DNA of 64,000 bases from an uncultured Solirubrobacterales bacterium (GTDB lineage Bacteria; Actinomycetota; Thermoleophilia; Solirubrobacterales; Solirubrobacteraceae): the NCBI GenBank assembly GCA_963833205.1, contig CAWHWZ010000003.1, positions 222,130-286,129 on the forward strand. The letters run 5' to 3'. Numbering within the stretch: position 1 is the stretch's first letter; each line of letters opens with the position of its first letter. A program made the translations under genes and the position numbers. The notes beneath the pieces are model-generated. The model was not told the DNA's origin, did no database searches, and saw nothing but the letters and a program-made list of their open reading frames with translations. Shown piece after piece: positions 1-8,832 of the stretch.

Positions 1-2
1 TG

Positions 3-302
3 CTGATCACCGACAGCTTCGGCCGCGCCTGGCGTCACGGGCAGTGCGACGTGGCGATCGGCTGCGCCGGCCTGACGCCGCTCGAGGACTGGCGCGGGCG
101 CACCGACAGCACCGGGCGCGAGCTGCGCGCCACCTGGCTGGCGGTGGCCGACGCGATCGCCGCCACCGCCGACCTCGCGCGGGCCAAGGACTCCCGCGAG
201 CCCGTCGTGATCCTCGGCGGCCTGGAGCGCTTCGTGACCGCCCAGGACGGCCCCGGGGCCGGCGCGCTGTTGCGCCCCGTAGACGAGGATCTATTTCGCT
301 GA
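3..302 (+). CDS. cofE: Coenzyme F420-0:L-glutamate ligase, C-terminal part (5' end outside window)
   Basis: Frame from nt 3 reads LITDSFGRAWRHGQCDVAIGCAG...D.FR, the typical CofE DS/TxGRxWRxG motif and DLFR end; fbiC nearby. Confidence 0.85.
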   Translation: MITDSFGRAWRHGQCDVAIGCAGLTPLEDWRGRTDSTGRELRATWLAVADAIAATADLARAKDSREPVVILGGLERFVTAQDGPGAGALLRPVDEDLFR

Positions 303-311
303 CACCATCGC

Positions 312-827
312 TTACGCCATCTCGCTCTCGACCAGCTGCGACCAGAAGCGGACGAACTCGCGCTCGTGGCCGATGCCGCATTCGAGCGTGAGCCGCCACC
401 CGCGCGGCGCGTCGGCGAGCTTGGCAAGCAACGCCTCGCAACTTCGCAGCCGCTGTTCGTGCACCTCGACCTGGGCAGCGGCGAGCTTGGCCGGATCCGC
501 GCCCACGAACAGCTTGAGCGTGGCTACGTCGCGCAGTTCATAGATGTCGCGGGCCGGCTCCGATCGCCAGCGCTCCAGCACCTCGCGCCCGCTGTCGGTG
601 AGGCGATAGATCCGCCGCCGCCGTCCGGTCTGCTCCCGTTTCTCTGAGAGCAAGCCCTCCTTGGCGAGCCGCCCGCACTCGCTGTAGAGCTGTGTGTGGG
701 GCACGCTCCAGAAGTTGGCCGTGCTCATCTGCGCGAGCTGCTTGAGGTCATAGGGGGTGGCCGGCTCGGCCTTCTCGAGCAGGCCCAACACGATGTAGGA
801 GGTCTCGGTGAGACGGATGCTTGACAT
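312..827 (-). CDS. PadR family transcriptional regulator
   Basis: ILGLL..TPYDLKQ..FWS..HTQLYSECGRL..GL..RRRIYRLTDSGR winged helix plus PadR C-terminal helix. Confidence 0.85.
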   Translation of the reverse strand: MSSIRLTETSYIVLGLLEKAEPATPYDLKQLAQMSTANFWSVPHTQLYSECGRLAKEGLLSEKREQTGRRRRIYRLTDSGREVLERWRSEPARDIYELRDVATLKLFVGADPAKLAAAQVEVHEQRLRSCEALLAKLADAPRGWRLTLECGIGHEREFVRFWSQLVESEMA

Positions 828-844
828 GCGTCGCAGACTATATT

Positions 845-858
845 ACGGTACGTATCGT
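845..858. promoter_or_regulatory. Candidate PadR operator (imperfect palindrome ACGGTACGTATCGT)
   Basis: Near-palindrome in the short AT-richer gap between divergent padR and oxygenase genes. Confidence 0.35.
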
Positions 859-884
859 TCGGTTCGGACCATACAGGAGGAACC

Positions 885-2375
885 ATGTCCGCAGAGACTC
901 TCGCCCCCGCCCCCTCGACCGCCCCCGCAGACCGCTCCAGCGCCGCGGCGCTCGGGTTCTCCACCCAGGATCGGGAGGTGGTCGTTGATGAGCTCCCGCT
1001 GAGCGGCGAGCTGCCCTCCTGGCTTCGGGGCTCGCTGCTGCGAACCGGCCCCGCGAAGTTCGAGATTGGTGGCACCGCCGCCGGAGATGGCGCTCAGCAG
1101 ATGCGGCACTGGTTCGACGGACTCGCGATGCTGCACCGCTTCACAATCGACGCCGGGCGCGTCTCTTATGGCAGCCGCTTCCTCGAAAGCCGCTCCTACA
1201 AGGCGGCGCGCGCGCAGGGGAAGATGGTTTACGGCGAGTTCGCGACCGACCCCTGCCGCTCCCTCTTCAAGCGCGTTCACACCCTGTTCTCCCAGAGGTC
1301 GCTTGACGACCTCCTCCCCGACAACGCCAACATCAACGTGACGAGGTTGGGAGAGCGCTTCATCGCGCTGACCGAGACCCCGCTGCCGGTCCAGTTCGAC
1401 GCGCGCACTCTGAAAGCGGCCGACGTGCGCCCCTACCGTGTCCCGGGACAGCTCACGACCGCCCACCCGCACCTGGATCGCGCGAGCGGCTCGATGCTCA
1501 ACTACGCCGCCAACCTCGGCGCTCGCAGCAGCTACAGGTTCTTCCTCGTCGGGCCGCACGACACCAAGGCCCGCGCAATCGCTTCGCTGCCCGTGAAGCA
1601 CCCCTCCTACATGCACTCCTTCGGGCTGACCGAGCGCTGGATCGTGCTCGCCGAGTTCCCGCTCGTGGTCAACCCGCTGGCGCTGGCGCTGGCGGGTCGC
1701 CCCTACATCGAGAACTACCGCTGGAAGCCCGAGCTGGGCACGCGCTTTACGCTGATCGACCGCGCCAACGGCAGTACGGTCGCGGGCTTCGAAACCGATG
1801 CCTGCTTCGCCTTCCACCACGTCAACGCCTACGAGGAGGAGGGCGAGGTCGTGCTCGACATGTGCGTTTTCCCCGATGCCGGCGTCATCGAGGACCTCTA
1901 CCTCGACCGCCTGCGCGCCGGCAAGCCGATAGCGCAGGCCGCGCTGACCCGTTTTCGCCTGTGTCTCACCGATCGCTCCGTGAGCCGGCGGCGCCTGGCG
2001 GAGGGCGACCTCGAGCTCCCACGCATCAACTACGGGCGCTGCAACGAGCGCCCCTACCGCTACGTTTGGGGCAACGGCACCGGCCGCGGCGGGTGGCTGG
2101 AACAGATCGCCAAGGTGGACACCACAGACGGCTCGCGGCTTTCCTGGGCGCAGCCCGACTGCTACCCGGGAGAGCCCGTGTTCGTGGCGCGCCCAGATGC
2201 CGAGAACGAGGACGATGGCGTCCTGCTTTCGGTCGTGCTCGACGCCCGCGCCGGCACCTCATTCCTGCTCCTGCTGGACGCCGCCGACCTGAGCGAGCTG
2301 GCACGGGCACAGGCCCCCCACCACATTCCCTTCGGCTTCCACGGCCAGTTCACACAGGATCGGACAGAGTTATGA
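885..2375 (+). CDS. Carotenoid oxygenase (RPE65/CCD) family protein
   Basis: HWFDGLAML, TAHPH, YMHSF, AFHHVNAYE, EPVFV, EDDG and PFGFHG motifs with the four Fe-binding His; AGGAGG RBS. Confidence 0.92.
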   Translation: MSAETLAPAPSTAPADRSSAAALGFSTQDREVVVDELPLSGELPSWLRGSLLRTGPAKFEIGGTAAGDGAQQMRHWFDGLAMLHRFTIDAGRVSYGSRFLESRSYKAARAQGKMVYGEFATDPCRSLFKRVHTLFSQRSLDDLLPDNANINVTRLGERFIALTETPLPVQFDARTLKAADVRPYRVPGQLTTAHPHLDRASGSMLNYAANLGARSSYRFFLVGPHDTKARAIASLPVKHPSYMHSFGLTERWIVLAEFPLVVNPLALALAGRPYIENYRWKPELGTRFTLIDRANGSTVAGFETDACFAFHHVNAYEEEGEVVLDMCVFPDAGVIEDLYLDRLRAGKPIAQAALTRFRLCLTDRSVSRRRLAEGDLELPRINYGRCNERPYRYVWGNGTGRGGWLEQIAKVDTTDGSRLSWAQPDCYPGEPVFVARPDAENEDDGVLLSVVLDARAGTSFLLLLDAADLSELARAQAPHHIPFGFHGQFTQDRTEL

Positions 2376-2938
2376 GCAGCGAGCAGGCGAAGGTCGAGCT
2401 GATCGAGCGCGTCGAGCGCAAGCGCAACCTGTTCACGAAATCCACCGGCGGCGGTCGCATGCTCAGCGCGTTGATGTTCCCGCTCTCGGTGCGACCGCCC
2501 CGCAGCTTCGGCGTGCTCACCACCAAAGGTCGCAAGACCGGCAAATGGCGGCGCAAATGCGTTCACCCGGTGCGCGATGGCGACAAGGTCTACATCCTCA
2601 TGCTGCGCGTCAGCGCCGCCGCGATCACCGAAAACCACACCGCCGGATGGTTGCTGAACATCCGCTCCGAACCGCGGGTGCACCTGCGCATGCACGGCGG
2701 CAGCTTCGCGGGGCGCGCGCGTGAGCTGGACGACCCCGCGGAGATCGAGCGGGCGAGGGCTGTCTACTGCGAGACCGTCACCCCCTTCGACTACGTGGAG
2801 TGCACGTTCCACCGTGGCGGCCTGCCCACCCGCGCGAAGATCGAAGAGCTGCACCGCAGCTGGTTTGCCACCGGAGTGCCGCTGGTCGTGGAGCTGCAGG
2901 AGCGCGGTGCCCGCTACGCCGCCACCGGCAGCTCGTAG
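2372..2938 (+). CDS. Deazaflavin (F420)-dependent nitroreductase/DDN family oxidoreductase
   Basis: ATGA overlap with upstream stop; LTTKGRKTGKWR and GWLLNIRSEPRV motifs of the DDN family. Confidence 0.75.
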   Translation: MSSEQAKVELIERVERKRNLFTKSTGGGRMLSALMFPLSVRPPRSFGVLTTKGRKTGKWRRKCVHPVRDGDKVYILMLRVSAAAITENHTAGWLLNIRSEPRVHLRMHGGSFAGRARELDDPAEIERARAVYCETVTPFDYVECTFHRGGLPTRAKIEELHRSWFATGVPLVVELQERGARYAATGSS

Positions 2939-5169
2939 CGCCTGCGGATCCCGTACAGCGTGGTGCGCTCAGCCGCGGGCCGCCCAGCGGCGTGCGCGGC
3001 GGCGATCAGTTGCCCGGGCTCCAGGCGCGTGCCGTGGTAGGAGCCGGCCAGCCGGGAGATCGACTCCTCCATCAGGGTCCCCCCCAGGTCGTTGACGCCC
3101 CAGCGCAGCGACTCGGTCGCGGCATCCAGACCCATCTTCACCCACGAGGCCTGCACGCTGCGCACGCTGCGTCCGAGCGCCAAGCGGAAGACGGCGGTGT
3201 GCTTGAGGTTCTCCTCGCGCGAGATCTCCTCGACGCCGTGCGTGCGGCCGAGCAACGTCTGGAAGGGGATGAACGAGAGCGGCACAAACTCGGTGATGCC
3301 GCCCGTGCGCTCCTGCAGCTCGCGCACCACCCGCATGTGCTCGGCCAGCTCCCACGGCTCCTCGATGTGCCCGAACATCACCGTCGCCGTGGAGCGCAGC
3401 CCCGCGGCGTGCGAGGCTTCGATGATCTGCACCCACCGCGCCACGGGCAGCTTGTTGGGGCTGATTCGTTCGCGCACCCCGTCGTGCAGCACCTCCGCGG
3501 CGGTGCCCGGCGTCGAGCCGAGACCGGCGTCGCGCAGGCGCAAAAACACCTCGGCCGGCGGCAAGCCGGAGATGTCGCACATGTGCGCGATCTCCATCGG
3601 AGAGTAGGCGTGCAGGTGGATGTCGCATCCCTCCGCGGCCGCGGTGCGCTTGGCGAAGCGCAGCCACCCCAGGTAATCGTCGAGGCTCCAATCGGGGTGG
3701 ATGCCCGACTGGATGCACAGCTCCGTGGCGCCGAACTCCACCGCCTCGCGCACCCGGCGCGCGAACTCCGCTTCGTCGTGCTGGTAGGCGTCGGGAGAGC
3801 GCTTGCCCTGGCCGAAGCCGCAGAAGGCGCACCCCACCGTGCAGATATTCGACACGTTGATGTTGCGGTTGACGACGAACGTCACGGTCTCCCCCGCGAG
3901 CTCCGAGCGCAGCTGGTCCGCGGCCTCGCGCAGCTCCTCGATTGCTCCCGGCCTGGTCTCCGCGAACATCGCCGTCAGCTCCTCCGGAGCGAGAGCTTGC
4001 CCGTCACGGGCGCGTTCGATCGCCCCGGCCACCAGATGGGGGCGGATCGGCGGGACGCCGCTTGCGGCCGGGTCGGTGCGGGTGGGGGGGCCTCCTGATC
4101 CCCGCCGCGGGATGAAGCTCCAGTACTTGACCTTGATCGTGTCCATCACACCCCGCGAGATCCATTCGGGGTCGATGTAGCGCGAGTACACGCACAGCCG
4201 CTCAGTGAGCGCGATGCCGTCCTTTTGCAGCTCCTTGCGCACCTTGTGGGGCGAGGGGAAGGGGTGCTCGGGAGAGATGTGATCGCCGTTGGCCGACAGC
4301 CCGCCGAGGTCGGTGGCGCCGGCGGCCACCAGCTCCGGCCACCAGTCGGCGAGGTTGGGGGGAACCTGAATGCCCACATCCGGCATCAGCCGCCGCGCCT
4401 CCACGATCAGCCGCTTCATGTCCTCGATGCTCACCGGACAGGCCCACTCGGGCAGCGGCAGATGGGGCCGGTCATCGGCAACGCCCGTGCGCCAATACTC
4501 GCGCGCCGCCGCATCGGCGATCCGCGCCGGCTCCTGACCGTAGTAGCGCTGGTGGGGGACGAAGTTCTGGAGGATCACCTCCTGGATGTGCCCGTACTCG
4601 GCGTGCACGGCCGCGAGCGCTTCGAGCGAAGCGACGCGCTCCTGCTCACTCTCGCCGATCCCGACGAGGATGCCGCTGGTAAACGGGATTCGCAGCTGGC
4701 CCGCCGCGCGGATCGTCTCCAGGCGCCGGGCCGGGTGCTTGGTGGGCGAGCCGGCGTGCACGGTGTCCATCAGCCGCTCGGAGACCGACTCCAGCATCAG
4801 CCCCTGCGAGGCCGTCACCTCGCGCAGCCGCGCCAGGTCCCCGTGGGCGAGGACGCCCAGGTTGGTGTGGGGAAGGATGCCCCGCTCCAGCGCTCGCTCG
4901 CACGCCCACACCACATAGGCGGTGAAGTCGGCGTGCCCATACTCCCCAAGCCGCCGTGCCACCTCGGGGTTGATCTCGGGCCGCTCGCCGGTGAGCACCA
5001 GCAGCTCCTTGACTCCCCGCCGCGCGGCGCCGTCGATGATCGCCAGCACCTCATCGGGCGCGTACAGGTGCGCCGTGTGCGTCGCGAACGCGCAGTACTT
5101 GCAGTAGCACCGGCACGTGCGCGAGAGCGACAGCGTCAGGTTGCGCGAGTAGGTGACCCTCCGCCGCAT
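2914..5169 (-). CDS. fbiC: Bifunctional FO synthase (CofG-CofH fusion)
   Basis: Two radical SAM CxxxCxxC motifs (CRCYCKYC, CTVGCAFC); PGTAAEVL, QASWVK, GGTLMEESISRLAG. Confidence 0.93.
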   Translation of the reverse strand: MRRRVTYSRNLTLSLSRTCRCYCKYCAFATHTAHLYAPDEVLAIIDGAARRGVKELLVLTGERPEINPEVARRLGEYGHADFTAYVVWACERALERGILPHTNLGVLAHGDLARLREVTASQGLMLESVSERLMDTVHAGSPTKHPARRLETIRAAGQLRIPFTSGILVGIGESEQERVASLEALAAVHAEYGHIQEVILQNFVPHQRYYGQEPARIADAAAREYWRTGVADDRPHLPLPEWACPVSIEDMKRLIVEARRLMPDVGIQVPPNLADWWPELVAAGATDLGGLSANGDHISPEHPFPSPHKVRKELQKDGIALTERLCVYSRYIDPEWISRGVMDTIKVKYWSFIPRRGSGGPPTRTDPAASGVPPIRPHLVAGAIERARDGQALAPEELTAMFAETRPGAIEELREAADQLRSELAGETVTFVVNRNINVSNICTVGCAFCGFGQGKRSPDAYQHDEAEFARRVREAVEFGATELCIQSGIHPDWSLDDYLGWLRFAKRTAAAEGCDIHLHAYSPMEIAHMCDISGLPPAEVFLRLRDAGLGSTPGTAAEVLHDGVRERISPNKLPVARWVQIIEASHAAGLRSTATVMFGHIEEPWELAEHMRVVRELQERTGGITEFVPLSFIPFQTLLGRTHGVEEISREENLKHTAVFRLALGRSVRSVQASWVKMGLDAATESLRWGVNDLGGTLMEESISRLAGSYHGTRLEPGQLIAAAHAAGRPAAERTTLYGIRRRYELPVAA

Positions 5170-5176
5170 GAGCCTA

Positions 5177-5182
5177 AGTCTA
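5177..5182 (-). promoter_or_regulatory. -10 box TAGACT of a probable leaderless fbiC promoter
   Basis: TANNNT hexamer 7 nt upstream of the ATG at 5169; no SD sequence. Confidence 0.55.
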
Positions 5183-5190
5183 TGACGGTT

Positions 5191-5310
5191 CTCGTCGGCG
5201 CATGCGCCGACGAGCCGAGCGATGCATGCATCGCTCGGTGAACCCGCACATGTGCGGGTTCAAGCCAGGCCGCATGCGGCCTGGCCCGGACGGCACATGT
5301 GCCGTCCGGG
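5191..5310. repeat. Array of five abutting perfect palindromes (22-26 bp) centred on RCATGY
   Basis: CTCGTCGGCG-CATG-CGCCGACGAG, CCGAGCGATG-CATG-CATCGCTCGG, TGAACCCGCA-CATG-TGCGGGTTCA, GCCAGGCCG-CATG-CGGCCTGGC, CCCGGACGGCA-CATG-TGCCGTCCGGG; CATG centres at 5201, 5225, 5249, 5273, 5296. Confidence 0.95.
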
Positions 5311-5318
5311 ACGGCCCG

Positions 5319-5324
5319 TAGATT
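5319..5324 (+). promoter_or_regulatory. -10 box TAGATT of a probable leaderless aquaporin promoter
   Basis: TANNNT hexamer 7 nt upstream of the ATG at 5332. Confidence 0.55.
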
Positions 5325-5331
5325 GATGGCC

Positions 5332-6039
5332 ATGTCCGAAGAGACCCTGCGTCGCGCTGTAGCCGAGATGGTCGGTGCCTTCACGCTCACTTTCATCGGC
5401 GCCGGCGCGGCGGCCGCTTCTGGGGTCATCGCCGATCCGACCCTGATCGGCGTGGCGATCGCCAACGGTCTGGCGATCGGCGTGATGGTGTGCGCGCTCG
5501 GGCACATCTCCGGTGGGCACTTCAACCCGGCGATCACATTCGGCTTCCTGATCACCCGCAAGATCAAGCCCGCGCTGGCCGGTGTCTACTGGGTGGCGCA
5601 GTTCGGCGGTGCGGCGGTGGCGGCACTGCTCGTCAAGGAGTTGCTGCCGCGGGCGACCACCGAAGCGGTGAAGCTCGGGGTGCCCGCGCTTGGTCACGGG
5701 GTCGACGCGAGCTCTGGCTTTCTGCTGGAGGCGATCCTCACCTTCTTCCTCGCGTTCGTCGTGTTCGGCGCGGCGGTGGACACGCGCGGCCCGTTCAACG
5801 CGGTGGCCGGGCTGGCGATTGGATTGACGATCGCGATCGACGTGCTCTTCGGAGGACCGTTCACCGGCGCCGCGATGAACCCCTCGCGCGCGTTTGGGCC
5901 GCAGCTGGTGGGCAACCACTGGTCGAACGGCTGGGTGTGGTACGTCGGGCCAGTGCTCGGCGCGGCGGTGGCGGCGCTGCTCTACCAGTTCCTGTATCTG
6001 CGCAAGGCCGAACCCAAGCCCGAGCCATCCAGTTCATAA
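5332..6039 (+). CDS. MIP family channel (aquaporin)
   Basis: SGGHFNPA and GAAMNPSR signatures, six hydrophobic helices. Confidence 0.93.
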   Translation: MSEETLRRAVAEMVGAFTLTFIGAGAAAASGVIADPTLIGVAIANGLAIGVMVCALGHISGGHFNPAITFGFLITRKIKPALAGVYWVAQFGGAAVAALLVKELLPRATTEAVKLGVPALGHGVDASSGFLLEAILTFFLAFVVFGAAVDTRGPFNAVAGLAIGLTIAIDVLFGGPFTGAAMNPSRAFGPQLVGNHWSNGWVWYVGPVLGAAVAALLYQFLYLRKAEPKPEPSSS

Positions 6040-6049
6040 AGTCGAGGCT

Positions 6050-6185
6050 CCTCGTCGTCCCTAGCAAGGATCAGAGCCCACCCGCCCCGCGTGGCGTGCT
6101 GGCCGAAACGGGGATGCGAGCCGCAGGCGAGTGTATCCCGGCTTCGGTACGCGAGCGACCGAGGACGCCGCTAGGGGCGACGAGG
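6050..6185. repeat. Structured intergenic element with 16-bp terminal inverted repeats (MITE/REP-like)
   Basis: CCTCGTCGTCCCTAGC (6050-6065) pairs with GCTAGGGGCGACGAGG (6170-6185) with one G-U; internal stem GCCGAAACGGGGATGC/GTATCCCGGCTTCGGT. Confidence 0.55.
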
Positions 6186-6198
6186 CTATCCTGGGCGC

Positions 6199-6798
6199 GT
6201 GGCCCAGCCACCCCGCATCTACCTCGCCCGCCACGGCCAGACCGCCTATAACGCCGAGGGCCGCTTCCAAGGCCAGGGCGCGGTGCCGCTCGACGAGACC
6301 GGCCGCGACCAGGCGCGGGCACTGGCGGAGCAGGCCGCCACGTACGAGTTTGCGGTGCTGTGGTGCAGCCCGCTGCTGCGCGCCCGCGAAACCGCCGACA
6401 CCGTCGCCCGACGTATCGGCCTCGACCCACGCGAGGATCCCCGCCTGATGGAGACCGACTCCGGCGAGTGGACCAACCGCTCATTCGCCGAGGTGCAGGC
6501 CGAGGACCCCGATGGGTTTGCGCGGTTCGCCAGCGGCGACCCCACCTTCGCGTTCCCCGGCGGCGAGTCGTTCGCCAAGCAGGGCGTGCGCGTGGCGGGG
6601 GCGTTCCACGACATTAAGCGGGCCGAGGCGCCCGCGCTGGTGGTATGCCACGGCGGGGTGATCAGGATCGCGCTGTTCCAGCGCACCAAAGACCCGGAGT
6701 CACTCGGCGATCGCGTTCCCAACGCAACGATCGTCCCGCTCGACCCACGCGGATCGCGGCGTTTGCACCGTGGCGGCGAGGTCGGGGCGGCGAGCTGA
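6199..6798 (+). CDS. Histidine phosphatase family protein
   Basis: LARHGQT...N, SPLLRARETA, ETDSGEW, VVCHGGVI. Confidence 0.9.
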   Translation: MAQPPRIYLARHGQTAYNAEGRFQGQGAVPLDETGRDQARALAEQAATYEFAVLWCSPLLRARETADTVARRIGLDPREDPRLMETDSGEWTNRSFAEVQAEDPDGFARFASGDPTFAFPGGESFAKQGVRVAGAFHDIKRAEAPALVVCHGGVIRIALFQRTKDPESLGDRVPNATIVPLDPRGSRRLHRGGEVGAAS

Positions 6799-6857
6799 GC
6801 CACCGCGCGGCCCGGCGCCACCGCGATGGCTTGGTGGTAGCCGACCGACGGGCGTGG

Positions 6858-7220
6858 CTACTGCGCGCGCAGACGGCGAAACTCTTCGCGTGCCGACTGC
6901 GGGCGGCCCCACATCTGCGTGACCTCCGCGCGCCCCTCCCTGACCTCGCGCACCGCCAACTCGCCCTCAATGCCGGCGTCGTCGAGCAGCCCCAGCGCGC
7001 AGTGCACCGCGGGCGCCGCCGCCGCGTGACCGAAGCGATGGCCGACCAGCAGGCGCCAGTGCCAGTCGTGTTTGGAGTAGGGGCTGGCGTTGCACGTCAC
7101 CAGGTACACCGCCGCTTCGACGTAGCGCGACTCATCCGCGAGCCGCAGATCGAGCTCCAGGTCGGTCCAGTCGTCGGGCAGCGAATCAACGATCCGCTGG
7201 AAGGTGTCGGCGAGAGCCAT
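6858..7220 (-). CDS. Hypothetical protein
   Basis: Compact ORF with typical high-GC3 codon use filling the gap between genes. Confidence 0.65.
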   Translation of the reverse strand: MALADTFQRIVDSLPDDWTDLELDLRLADESRYVEAAVYLVTCNASPYSKHDWHWRLLVGHRFGHAAAAPAVHCALGLLDDAGIEGELAVREVREGRAEVTQMWGRPQSAREEFRRLRAQ

Positions 7221-7309
7221 CGCCGAGAAAGCCTAGCGGGCAGGGCGGCCGGGGCCTACGTGAGCTCCGGCACGGCCCAATGCCCTCTCGGGCTCCTATC
7301 CTCGATCCC

Positions 7310-8347
7310 ATGACCGCCACCGACACCCAGCACATACGGGCCGAGTACGAGGCGCTAGCCAAAGGCTGCGGGCTGGTGGACCGCTCCGAGCGCGGCAAGC
7401 TCGCGCTGACTGGCTCGGGCGCCGTGGAGTTCCTCAACGGACAGGTAACCAACGAGCTGGCCGATCTGCGCCCCGGTGGGGGGTGCTACGCCGCCTTCCT
7501 AACCAACAAGGGCAAGATGCTCGGCGACCTACGGATCCTTGCGGTCGGGGGAGCGGGGACGGAGGGACTCGATTCAGACGGGCCACCCACCGAACTGTTG
7601 CTCGACACCGAGCGAGTGGCATTGCAGGCGCTGTTCGACATGATCCGCCGCTACAAGATCGGCTACGAGGTGGAGCTGCACAAGCGCACGCTGGAGAGCG
7701 GGCTGCTCTCGCTGATCGGCCCCGACGCGCGGGCGTGCGTCGAGCGTCTGGTAGGAGCCGAAAAAAATACATTCGACACCGAGGTCGAGCACGCCCACAC
7801 ACTCGCGGAGATCGCCGGCGCGGCCATACGCCCGATCGCGACCGCCGAGGGCATCGACGTGCTGTGCGAGGCCACGGATCTCGAGAGGGTGCAAGCGGCC
7901 CTCATCGATGCCGGCGCCACCCCCGTCGGCGAGGCGGCGGCGGAGATCGTGCGTGTCGAGCGCGGCCGACCCCGTTATGGGGTGGATATGGATGAGGGAA
8001 CGATCCCCCAGGAGGCCGGCCTCAACGAGCGCGCGGTGAGCTTCACGAAGGGCTGCTACGTGGGCCAGGAGACCGTGGCGCGGCTTTACTACCGGGGCAA
8101 GCCCAACCGCCACCTGCGCGGGCTGCGATTTTTGGGGGCCTCCGATTCCGCGCCGGCGGCGGTATCCGGTGAGGAGGTGAGGCTGGGGGACCGCCCCGTG
8201 GGGCATCTGAGCAGCGTGGTCGAATCCCCACGGCTGGGAACGATCGCCCTGGCGCTGGTGCGCCGCGAGGCCTCCCCGGGCGACACGCTCGCCGTCGGCG
8301 AGCATGCGGCCACGGCCGAGCTGGTGGAGCTGCCCTTCGCGCCCTGA
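7310..8347 (+). CDS. YgfZ/GcvT family folate-binding protein
   Basis: LVDRSERGKL, FLNGQVTN and the KGCYVGQE signature. Confidence 0.9.
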   Translation: MTATDTQHIRAEYEALAKGCGLVDRSERGKLALTGSGAVEFLNGQVTNELADLRPGGGCYAAFLTNKGKMLGDLRILAVGGAGTEGLDSDGPPTELLLDTERVALQALFDMIRRYKIGYEVELHKRTLESGLLSLIGPDARACVERLVGAEKNTFDTEVEHAHTLAEIAGAAIRPIATAEGIDVLCEATDLERVQAALIDAGATPVGEAAAEIVRVERGRPRYGVDMDEGTIPQEAGLNERAVSFTKGCYVGQETVARLYYRGKPNRHLRGLRFLGASDSAPAAVSGEEVRLGDRPVGHLSSVVESPRLGTIALALVRREASPGDTLAVGEHAATAELVELPFAP

Positions 8348-8360
8348 AGCCGCGGCGCCC

Positions 8361-8552
8361 TCAGGAGGCGCTCGACTGCCCGTCGCCCGGCCGGCGCTCG
8401 TGCAGGTGCTTGCGAATCGCCGCCTTCAGCACCTTCAGCGCGTCGGGACGCGGCGGGGTGTCGAAGGTGTTGGTGACGTTGGGTCCCCGCAGGTTGACTT
8501 TCGTGCGCTCCAGCTTCCTGCGCGGATCCTCAAAGGGATTGCGTTCAGTCAT
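8361..8552 (-). CDS. Small hypothetical protein coupled to the DUF3467-like gene
   Basis: MTERNPFEDPRRK... start overlaps the end of the upstream ORF. Confidence 0.4.
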   Translation of the reverse strand: MTERNPFEDPRRKLERTKVNLRGPNVTNTFDTPPRPDALKVLKAAIRKHLHERRPGDGQSSAS

Positions 8553-8832
8553 CGCCATTGTCTTCGGTCGGAACTCCCGATTCCTGAGTGTAGGCCTGCC
8601 ACTGCTCATTCAGAAGGTCCACCAGCTGGCTGGCGAGCAGCGGCGAGAAGGAGACGCGCGAGACGACGATCCCCTGCTGCCCCTGGGGCCCGATGCGCAG
8701 GAAGTCGAGCGTGAACTCGTGCGGCGTGCGCGCGATCGAGGCCGCGTTGGCCCATTTGCCCGCGAACTCCTCCGGGGGCATGATGATGTTGGGGCCCTGC
8801 TGGGACTCCTCGGGGGGATTCTGCTCATCCAC
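8545..8832 (-). CDS. DUF3467-like small protein
   Basis: GKWANAASIARTPHEFTLDF...VVSRVSFSP..A..L pattern; GTG start. Confidence 0.65.
   Translation of the reverse strand: MDEQNPPEESQQGPNIIMPPEEFAGKWANAASIARTPHEFTLDFLRIGPQGQQGIVVSRVSFSPLLASQLVDLLNEQWQAYTQESGVPTEDNGDD

Noticed and set aside
5191-5310. CRISPR array interpretation of the palindrome array
   Set aside because: No constant repeat separated by spacers (only the 4-6 bp centre is shared) and no cas genes in the window
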